Assembly (NCBI GenBank): GCA_034422835.1
Contig: DAOUJJ010000006.1
Location: 64,799-128,798 of the forward strand
From: Dehalococcoidia bacterium
Lineage (GTDB): Bacteria > Chloroflexota > Dehalococcoidia > UBA6926
DNA: 64,000 nt
Direction of reading: 5' to 3'
In this document: positions 57,560-64,000 of the stretch, piece after piece
How positions within the stretch are numbered: the stretch's first letter is position 1
How the letters are laid out: each line of letters begins with the position of its first letter
Notes under the pieces: model-generated
Databases searched by the model: none
Told to the model about the DNA's origin: nothing
The model's input: only the letters and a program-made list of their open reading frames with translations
Position numbers and translations under genes: made by a program

Positions 57560-57855
57560 TCGCCGATTGATTCAGGGAGGCGACGGTTGCCGTGCCGGAT
57601 GTGAAGAATCTGCACACCGTCTTCAATCGGACGGTAGAAAATCACGTACGGAGTTGAGGGCACGGCGAATGTCCGAATATCAGGGCCTGACTCCGGACGC
57701 AATACGCCCATACGGGGTTGGTCCGCCAAGCGAAAGCAAAGAGTTTCCAGGCGATCAACGAGCCTGTTAGCGTTGGCTACGCTGTCAGCGGCTATGTAGT
57801 CGGAAATCTGTTGAAAATCACGGAGTGATTGTTCGGAAAAGTTGCAACGGCTCAT
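57556..57855 (-). CDS. ParE/RelE-family type II toxin, 99 aa
   Basis: ParE-like C-terminal motif (YVIFYRPIEDGVQILHIRHGNR). Confidence 0.8.
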   Translation of the reverse strand: MSRCNFSEQSLRDFQQISDYIAADSVANANRLVDRLETLCFRLADQPRMGVLRPESGPDIRTFAVPSTPYVIFYRPIEDGVQILHIRHGNRRLPESIGD

Positions 57856-58118
57856 TCAGCCTGTTGCTCTATTTCTCGAATCCGCTCCCGAACGTCGGCA
57901 AAAACCTCTTCGGCGGTGTGGACCTCGCCCCGGGCAATCTGGTCGATGCTGGTCTGAATCTTCTTACGGATGTCCGCGAGTTCCTCTTCGTAGCCTTCGT
58001 CACCCGGCCGCAGCAGGCCCATCTCGTCGCCGAATCCGTCGTCAGACGCGCCGTTCTGGCCGGACTCAGTAGGAGCCTCGGCGGAGGTTTTCGTCTTGTT
58101 CTTGTCGCTGATTTCCAT
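57852..58118 (-). CDS. Antitoxin of the ParE module (ParD-like), 88 aa
   Basis: Small acidic ORF, 4-nt overlap with the downstream toxin. Typical TA organisation. Confidence 0.55.
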   Translation of the reverse strand: MEISDKNKTKTSAEAPTESGQNGASDDGFGDEMGLLRPGDEGYEEELADIRKKIQTSIDQIARGEVHTAEEVFADVRERIREIEQQAE

Positions 58119-58226
58119 GCGCCCAGACTACTCCCATGGGCAAGCTGTAGCAACAGACGACGCCCTTACACAGAGGCGCGACATGAATATCATGACAATG
58201 GGATTCTGGTAAGGAGGTCTACCATC

Positions 58227-58577
58227 ATGCCCAACATTGAGTTCTATCACTGGTCTACTTGAAACACGTGCAAGACGGCGAAGGCGGTGCTTTCGCAAGC
58301 GGGGCACGAGTTTGCCGAGCGTGATTTCTTCAAGAATCGATTCGCCAGGGATGAGATCGTCGAGCTTCTGAACGGGGAGCCGCCGAGCGCGTTGTTCAAT
58401 CCCCGATCACAGGCTCTCAAGAAGGCGGGCATTGACCCGGCCTCCCTGAATGAGGACCAGACGCTGGATCTGCTTGTGGAGGAGCCCCGCTATTGGCGGC
58501 GTCCAGTGGCCGTCATCGACGGCAAGCTCATCGCGGGGGCGAACACCAAGGTACTGGCGGCGGAGCTGGGACTATAG
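58227..58577 (+). CDS. ArsC/Spx (YffB-like) thioredoxin-fold protein with in-frame TGA at the first CxxC cysteine position (U-N-T-C); candidate selenoprotein or pseudogene, 116 codons
   Basis: Strong RBS AAGGAGG 9 nt upstream of ATG 58227. Translation reads MPNIEFYHWST-[TGA 58260-62]-NTCKTAKAVLSQAGHEF... The family consensus ..IYxxPxCSTCRKAxxWL puts Cys exactly where the TGA is. The downstream frame continues as the ORF-track entry 58287..58577. Total length matches ArsC-family size. Confidence 0.5.
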
Positions 58578-58581
58578 GATG

Positions 58582-58872
58582 TCAGTTCAGCCGAATCGCC
58601 CGGCGTCCCTGCCAAACACGGAGAATGTCGACCCCGTCTTCTATCGGACGATAGAGAATCATGTATGGCGTATTGCGCACGGGTAGAGAGCGAACATCGT
58701 ACCCAAGGTCAGGGCGCTGTATTCCTAACGAGGGAAAGTCTGCCAAGAGCGCGCAAGTACTTTGGATCCGCCTGATTAAAAGCTCAGCACTCTGACGGCT
58801 TCCGCGGGCCACATACTGGCCGATGTCGGTGAGATTGTTCTCGGCCTCATGACTGAAAACGTAGCGGCTCAT
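58582..58872 (-). CDS. ParE/RelE-family type II toxin (second copy), 96 aa
   Basis: YMILYRPIEDGVDILRVWQGRR, paralogous to the toxin at 57556..57855. Confidence 0.8.
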   Translation of the reverse strand: MSRYVFSHEAENNLTDIGQYVARGSRQSAELLIRRIQSTCALLADFPSLGIQRPDLGYDVRSLPVRNTPYMILYRPIEDGVDILRVWQGRRAIRLN

Positions 58873-59174
58873 TCCTTTTGTGAACGAGCCTCCTGCTGAT
58901 GCACTTCTGCCAAGCGTTTCCTCAGTCTGTCAAAAACCACTTCTGCCGGGATCATCTCTCCACGCGCGCGCTGCTCATCCGCATCGCGTACCCGATTCCG
59001 TAATTCCTCAATCTCTTCATTCGTCATGGGTATTTCTTCATACTCGTCCGGGTTCTCGCGCATCTCGAACACGATAAGAGCCGTGCGGACAATCTCGTCA
59101 ACCGACCTGAACTTACCCGTGTCCAGAAACTTCTGGATTAGGGCGCAAGTATCGTCACTGAGTTGAATATCCAT
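58869..59174 (-). CDS. ParD-like antitoxin, 101 aa
   Basis: 4-nt overlap with the toxin; acidic, helical sequence. Confidence 0.55.
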   Translation of the reverse strand: MDIQLSDDTCALIQKFLDTGKFRSVDEIVRTALIVFEMRENPDEYEEIPMTNEEIEELRNRVRDADEQRARGEMIPAEVVFDRLRKRLAEVHQQEARSQKE

Positions 59175-59236
59175 GCCATCACCCTATGTGGATTGCTCCA
59201 ACGGCGCAAGCTCAGTTACTCCGGTCACACTTTCGA

Positions 59237-59683
59237 CTATCCCGGGTGCCTTGGTAGCTCCACCGTTGCGGTGCCTGGGGTGACCTTTTCGCCGTTCTGG
59301 TTGGTGATCAACATTTCAAGGTCAACGACGTGGCGGCCATCGTCGTCAACGCGTTTGTCCGTCACGTGCCCCGTGCATGTCAGAACGTCGTTCTTGAAGT
59401 TGATGCCGCGCAGCTGGGCGTTCAGCGTCAGGATCGCGCCCTCGTCGCCGATCCACTTCCGAACGAGCGTGTGCAGATAGGAAACACGGATGCGACCCTG
59501 CCCGATGACTGCGGGTTGGCCGTTCTCCTTCGCGCCCTCGTCGTCCATGTGATAGCCCACAAACTCGTCATACGTGGCCGCCCACCGATTCCAGTTCATC
59601 AGGTCCGTCACGCGTTCGAACGGCGGCAGTTCCTGTCCGACCTCGACATCGTCCCAATAGAGAACCTCAACGTGCGTCGTCAT
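59237..59683 (-). CDS. MaoC-like hotdog dehydratase, 148 aa
   Basis: Hotdog-fold sequence. Adjacent to a second hotdog-type ORF, a HadAB/ChsH-like pairing. Confidence 0.65.
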   Translation of the reverse strand: MTTHVEVLYWDDVEVGQELPPFERVTDLMNWNRWAATYDEFVGYHMDDEGAKENGQPAVIGQGRIRVSYLHTLVRKWIGDEGAILTLNAQLRGINFKNDVLTCTGHVTDKRVDDDGRHVVDLEMLITNQNGEKVTPGTATVELPRHPG

Positions 59684-59702
59684 ATCATCGTCCCCGTTGC
59701 CG

Positions 59703-60242
59703 TCACCACGAGATATTCGTGGTACGGGTTGTCTTGACCACCTCGCCGTTCTGCTTTGTCCAGGTTTCCTCCGTGATGTAGAAGATCATGGCGCCGAGGC
59801 GGCCGCTGCGTTCATAGAGGTCCGTCACCGTGATGACGCTCGTAATCTCATCGCCCGGCCGCATCCGCTCTAGGTAGACGGTGTCGACACCGCCAAACAG
59901 GTAGTTAGGAGGCGCGCCGGGTGGGCGCAGGCTGCGGGCGCTCTCAAGAGCCGCTTGGGCATCGTCGAGATGGTCCGGATGCGGGCCGACGTGCGCGCGT
60001 CCGATCATCCACGCGAAGGGGTTGAACTCCTCCGGCGCGATGATGCCGCCCCAGCGGGTCTGTGCCGCGTGCTCCGCGTCCCAATAGATGCGCGGCGGCA
60101 CCTCCGGCCAATAGATGGAGATGGCGGCGCGGCGGATATCGCTCTCGGAGATGGGCGGCGATGTCAGCGGCGGCGCTTTCGCACCCACCCACGCGCGCAT
60201 CGCATCGGTAATCAGGGACTGTCCATCGCTGTTCGTCGTCAT
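59703..60242 (-). CDS. Hotdog-fold (N-terminal-type, non-catalytic-like) dehydratase partner subunit, 179 aa
   Basis: Resembles the N-terminal half of the double-hotdog protein at 51979..53004. Confidence 0.55.
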   Translation of the reverse strand: MTTNSDGQSLITDAMRAWVGAKAPPLTSPPISESDIRRAAISIYWPEVPPRIYWDAEHAAQTRWGGIIAPEEFNPFAWMIGRAHVGPHPDHLDDAQAALESARSLRPPGAPPNYLFGGVDTVYLERMRPGDEITSVITVTDLYERSGRLGAMIFYITEETWTKQNGEVVKTTRTTNISW

Positions 60243-60295
60243 GGCCGCCTCCGGCTATAGCTTACGCAAGCGCGGCCGGCTCGTGAACCCTCAGT

Positions 60296-60739
60296 TTATC
60301 CCTTGAGTTCCTTCTCCAGGTTTTTGATGAAGTCTTTCATCTGGGAGTTGGCCTTGGAGCGGATGAACGGCTGACCCATCGTGCCCAGCTTGCCCATGAA
60401 CTGGATATCCGTCGCGACGGTGAGCGTTGAGCTGTCCGCGCCCGCCTCGGCGATCGACGCATCAACGATGACACGCAGCCCGCCGCCGGCCAAGGCCTTG
60501 GCGTTCCCCTCGATGCGCCAAGTGTAGTCCTCGGCGTTCTGTGTCGTGGTGAGTTCGCCGTCGAGGCTGATCTTCATCGGGCCGACGCGCGTCTCCATCT
60601 TGCCGGAATACGTATTCGGGCCTGTTTCGACGACATTGCTCACGCCGGGAATCAGGCCGGCGGCGCGAGGGACATCTTCCAACAGGCTCCATACTGCTTC
60701 CCGTGAAGCCCCCACCTGTGATTCTTGTTCGATCTTCAT
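60296..60739 (-). CDS. coxG: CoxG-like SRPBCC protein (carbon monoxide dehydrogenase subunit G family), 147 aa
   Basis: SRPBCC/CoxG sequence features. Directly downstream of coxM. Confidence 0.8.
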   Translation of the reverse strand: MKIEQESQVGASREAVWSLLEDVPRAAGLIPGVSNVVETGPNTYSGKMETRVGPMKISLDGELTTTQNAEDYTWRIEGNAKALAGGGLRVIVDASIAEAGADSSTLTVATDIQFMGKLGTMGQPFIRSKANSQMKDFIKNLEKELKG

Positions 60740-60776
60740 CCCTTGTGTTTACCCTTTCACCGGTGATGACCGGCTG

Positions 60777-61637
60777 CTACTCAAGCCCGAGTACGCGGGT
60801 CAAGGCACGGCGTGTGAACACCACGGCCATGTCCGTCTTGTACTCCGCGGAGCCGCGGAAATCGGGCGTCGGCGCGCAGAGATCGCGAACCGTCTCGGCT
60901 GCCTCTCGCACCAGGTCCGCCGTCGGCTCCTTGCCCACCAGCACACCCGCGACGGTGTCTGCGTAGACTGCGGTCGAATTGACCGCGCCAAGCCCGACAC
61001 GCACGTCCGTGACAACGCCGCCGTCGACGACGCCGAGCGCGGAGACCGCAACCGTCGGATAATCGTCCGCCGTGCGCGGCAGGAACTTGATGTACGTGGT
61101 CTTGGCGTTGGCCGGCGCTGCCGGGACGGTGATGCCCGTGACGATCTCGCCCTCTTCAACGCCGGTTGTGTAGTAGTCCACGAACCAGCCGTCTCGCGCC
61201 TTAACCGTCCGCTCGCCGTCCTTGGATGCGACGTGGATGCTCGCATCAAGAACGAGCAGCGTGGGCGGCGGGTCCTGCGCCGGGTCGCCGTGAGCGACGC
61301 CGCCGCCGACCGTTGCCGCGTTGCGCACGCGGACCGTCGCGACCTCGCCATAGGTCTCTGTCAGGAGCGGATTGTTCTCTTCAACGACGCTTGACGTTGC
61401 CACCTCTTGCTGCGTCGTGCGGCCGCCAATCTGCAGGCCCTCGCCCGTCGAGCGGATGTAGTTAAGGCCGTCGATGTTCTGCAGGCTGACCAGGTGATCA
61501 ACGTAGATGAGGTCCTGCTTCATCATGTTGATGAGGCCGGTGCCGCCGGAGATGACACGCGCCTCCTCGCCGTAATCGCTCAGCAGGCTGTGCGCCTCCG
61601 CCAGCGTGGAGGGCGTGTGGAATTGAAAGTCTCTCAT
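60777..61637 (-). CDS. coxM: Molybdo-flavoenzyme FAD-binding (medium) subunit, CoxM-like, ~286 aa
   Basis: FAD_binding_5 motifs (ISGGTGL...) plus the CO dehydrogenase flavoprotein C-terminal domain. ATG at 61637 follows GGGGGGTGG. The track's N-terminal extension overlaps coxS. Confidence 0.88.
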   Translation of the reverse strand: MRDFQFHTPSTLAEAHSLLSDYGEEARVISGGTGLINMMKQDLIYVDHLVSLQNIDGLNYIRSTGEGLQIGGRTTQQEVATSSVVEENNPLLTETYGEVATVRVRNAATVGGGVAHGDPAQDPPPTLLVLDASIHVASKDGERTVKARDGWFVDYYTTGVEEGEIVTGITVPAAPANAKTTYIKFLPRTADDYPTVAVSALGVVDGGVVTDVRVGLGAVNSTAVYADTVAGVLVGKEPTADLVREAAETVRDLCAPTPDFRGSAEYKTDMAVVFTRRALTRVLGLE

Positions 61638-61648
61638 TGTCCACCCCC

Positions 61649-62143
61649 CTAGTTGCCCAGCCGGATCATTTCGCCGGCCTTCTGAATCGACTCGATAATC
61701 TTGTAGTAGCCCGTGCAGCGGCACAGGTTGCCCATCATCCAGTTCTTGATCTCGTCCTCGGTGGGATCGGGATTCTGCTCAAGCAGGGCGCGGGAGGCCA
61801 TGATCTGGCCGGGCGTGCAGATGCCGCACTGGAACCCGCCGTAGTTCATGAAGGCCTCTTGCAGCGGATGGAGCTTGTCGCCGTCCGCCACGCCCTCGAT
61901 GGTCGTTATCTGGGAGCCGCCGGCCTGGACAGCAAGCAGGATGCACGAGGAGACGATCGCGCCGTCCATCTCGACGGTGCAGATGCCGCACACGCCGACG
62001 CTGCACGCCTCCTTGGTGCCCGTCAGGCCGAGGTCATATCGAATGAAATCCACAAGCGTTCGGCGCGGCGGGACCTCCGCCGTATATTCCGTGCCGTTGA
62101 TCGTGACCGTTACCGGCACGCGGGCGACTGTATCTGTCGTCAT
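61649..62143 (-). CDS. coxS: [2Fe-2S] small subunit of molybdoenzyme (CoxS-like), 164 aa
   Basis: Plant-type ferredoxin Cys motif (CSVGVCGIC) and second cluster (CGICTPG...CRCTGY). Confidence 0.92.
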   Translation of the reverse strand: MTTDTVARVPVTVTINGTEYTAEVPPRRTLVDFIRYDLGLTGTKEACSVGVCGICTVEMDGAIVSSCILLAVQAGGSQITTIEGVADGDKLHPLQEAFMNYGGFQCGICTPGQIMASRALLEQNPDPTEDEIKNWMMGNLCRCTGYYKIIESIQKAGEMIRLGN

Positions 62144-62294
62144 AGACTCCTACCCCTCCCCACCACTGAATTACTGAATTTCGTCAGAAATTGATTATAG
62201 CAGTGAGTGCATTCGCGTGCCGCCGTGTGGTACAACTCAAGGCAGCGCTTGCGCCATTCCAATGAACAACGTACGGGCAAGGAGGAACCACGCC

Positions 62295-62582
62295 ATGGCT
62301 GCCTATTTGATAACCGATGTTGAGGTGACGGATGAGAACCTCTATGCGCAGTTTCGTGAGCGGATGACGCCTGCCATCGAGTCCTACGGCGGCAAGTTCA
62401 TCGAGCGCGGCGGCGCGATAGAGGTCATCGACGGCTCCTGGACGCCCACTCGTCTCGCCATCGTGGAGTTCACCACCATGGAGCAGGCGCACGCATGGCT
62501 GGACTCGGCTGAGAACCACGCCCTCGACGAGATTCGCAACAGGTCTTCCAGGATCAACATGGTGCTGGTGGAGGGGGTCTAG
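62295..62582 (+). CDS. DUF1330-domain protein, ~95 aa
   Basis: MAAYLITDVEVTDENLYAQF... is typical of DUF1330. ATG follows AAGGAGG. The ORF-track upstream extension lacks an RBS. Confidence 0.65.
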   Translation: MAAYLITDVEVTDENLYAQFRERMTPAIESYGGKFIERGGAIEVIDGSWTPTRLAIVEFTTMEQAHAWLDSAENHALDEIRNRSSRINMVLVEGV

Positions 62583-62596
62583 GGTCTTTAGGGACT

Positions 62597-64000
62597 TTAG
62601 ACCCTATTCCGTTTCCGATGCCGGCGCCACAGCAGCCACAGCAACAGCAGTAGTAGCACCAGGATCAGCCACAGGTAGATCAGAGTATTCAGCAGCGTCG
62701 GCTCCTGAATAATCTCCGCAGGCTCAGCGGGTGTTGGCGTAGGTGTGGCCGCCGGTGCAGGCGTCGCTGTCGGAGTAGGCGTCGCTGTCGGAGTAGGCGT
62801 CGCTGTCGGCGTGGGTGTCGCTGTCGGTGTAGGCGTCGCTGTCGGTGTAGGCGTCGCTGTCGGCGTAGGCGTCGCTGTCGGTGTGGGCGTCGCTGTCGGT
62901 GTGGGCGTCGCCGTCGGCATAGGTGTCGCTGTCGGTGCAGGCGTCGCCGTGGCCGTAGGCGTCGGCGGGTCCGGATCCGAGTCCGGGGGCGGATCGACCG
63001 TCGGGGGCTCAGGCGCTGGCGGGATCACCGTAGGCCCGGATGAGTCGTCATCGACGATGGTCAGCGTCAGGGTGTTTGTGGCCCACGGGTCGGATATGGT
63101 ATCGGACGCCAATCCCGACACCGTCAGCCTCCGGTGAGGTTCATCCACCTGGTTGTCATTGGGGATTATCACTATGCCGTTGCTGACCGTCCGGCCCGGC
63201 GGGATGGTCAGTGAGTGGGTGGGCATCGTGAAGATGCCGGACGATTGTGGCGGGTCCACCATCACCTGTATCGTCGTCATCGCGACGGACGGCCGGTCCA
63301 GGGTGGCATGTACGGTACTGGATTCCCCCTTCTCTGAGATAGAACTAGGCGCCAGTTCCAGCGTAACCCGGGGTTTTGGCGCGTCGGGCGCCGGGGGTTG
63401 CGGAGCGGCCTGTCCGGTGTTGTATATCACTCCGCCGCTAGTAGCTACCTGGATGCCGGATGCGGTGATGTCCGCGTCCGCGCCCCAGCAGGCGGCCTTC
63501 CCCGCCATGGTGACGGCGCATGTGTGAAAAGCGCTGGCGGCAACGGCGCCAAAACGGACGTAGCGGTATTTTTCCGGTACGGTAACCTGACCGAAATCGG
63601 CAGTGGTGCCTGCTGCGCCACCCCAGCAGGCCACTCGCCCTGCCCTGGTTACGCCGCAGCTGTAATAAAGCCCGACGGCGACATCGGCGAAAGCTGCGCC
63701 GCTCAACTCAGCCGGCAGGGTGGATTGCCCGTATGCGTTCCACCCCCAGCAGCGCACTGTCCCGTCCGCCTGGCCGTTCTGTCCATCCAGGATGCCGCAG
63801 TTATGGTAGGCCCCGGCGTCTATTGTGGAGAAAGTGCCTTCCGGCGCCTCGGCTTGATCGTGATTCTGCCCGTCAGGCGGGGTTCCCCAGCACTTTACCG
63901 TGCCGGCCGCTTGCTCATTCTGCCCATCGAGGATGCCGCAGCTGTGATACCACCCGCCTGTAACGGCAGAAAAGGTGGACTGGGCCAGGTCATTCGGCAA
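62597..64000 (-). CDS. RCC1-repeat (beta-propeller) surface protein with Pro/Thr-rich linker and C-terminal TM anchor; N-terminus beyond window end
   Basis: Repeated [15 protein letters not shown] units (RCC1-like). Linker of (TPTPTA)n, then hydrophobic [19 protein letters not shown] and basic tail. The frame is open to the window edge. Confidence 0.7.
   Translation of the reverse strand: MPNDLAQSTFSAVTGGWYHSCGILDGQNEQAAGTVKCWGTPPDGQNHDQAEAPEGTFSTIDAGAYHNCGILDGQNGQADGTVRCWGWNAYGQSTLPAELSGAAFADVAVGLYYSCGVTRAGRVACWGGAAGTTADFGQVTVPEKYRYVRFGAVAASAFHTCAVTMAGKAACWGADADITASGIQVATSGGVIYNTGQAAPQPPAPDAPKPRVTLELAPSSISEKGESSTVHATLDRPSVAMTTIQVMVDPPQSSGIFTMPTHSLTIPPGRTVSNGIVIIPNDNQVDEPHRRLTVSGLASDTISDPWATNTLTLTIVDDDSSGPTVIPPAPEPPTVDPPPDSDPDPPTPTATATPAPTATPMPTATPTPTATPTPTATPTPTATPTPTATPTPTATPTPTATPTPTATPTPTATPAPAATPTPTPAEPAEIIQEPTLLNTLIYLWLILVLLLLLLWLLWRRHRKRNRV
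62762..62960. repeat. 18-bp tandem repeat (GGCGTCGCTGTCGGTGTA)n, ~11 copies, encoding the (TPTPTA)n linker
   Basis: Near-perfect tandem units with G/C wobble variation; internal to the RCC1-repeat protein gene. Confidence 0.85.

Noticed and set aside
62745-63137. 130-aa ORF ([10 protein letters not shown]...) on the plus strand
   Set aside because: It is an antisense translation of the 18-bp (TPTPTA)n coding repeat of the RCC1-repeat protein.

Overview
This is a high-GC (~65%) bacterial chromosomal segment, likely Terrabacteria (Chloroflexota/Actinomycetota-like), judging from a UPF0182 gene, a CIRCE operator and the Shine-Dalgarno usage. No rRNA, tRNA or CRISPR was found. The housekeeping backbone comprises an acyl-CoA metabolism cluster (two MaoC dehydratases, a CitE-like CoA lyase, an ACAD, a B12-mutase large subunit, an SDR and a thiolase), groES-groEL with an intact CIRCE operator, tsaD, tilS, purH-purM-purF, argJ-argB-(UPF0182)-argD, gyrA, pyrC-carA-carB-pyrK-like, a CoxL-type molybdoenzyme and a separate coxS-coxM-coxG set. 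The backbone is interrupted by several lower-GC (~50%) islets, mostly bordered by a REP/MITE-like palindromic repeat family (GGATTCCCGC-N4-GCGGGAATGACG plus companion motifs). The islets carry an HNH endonuclease, a NucS-like PD-(D/E)xK nuclease, a phage Gp37/Gp68 (three-Cys) and TcmP (Dam-like motif) gene pair with its own AT-rich promoter, an Smr-wHTH protein, HicB-like ORFs, a DNA methyltransferase-HNH fusion, two ParDE toxin-antitoxin pairs, a frameshifted DUF433 gene, and an ArsC/Spx-family gene whose first CxxC cysteine codon is an in-frame TGA (candidate selenoprotein). Other unusual structures are a ~1.1 kb element bounded by 40-bp terminal inverted repeats, a ~680-bp tract with a degenerate 5-nt (NNGCC) periodicity that is open in all six frames, an 80-bp duplication of the gyrA 3' end bracketing an inserted small gene, a hotdog hydratase with a Fis-type HTH tail, and a fused tandem family-III CoA-transferase. 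The best candidates for a previously undescribed system are the Gp37/Gp68-TcmP module, the MTase-HNH islet, and the unannotated pair of a 33-bp-repeat protein with a 409-aa protein.
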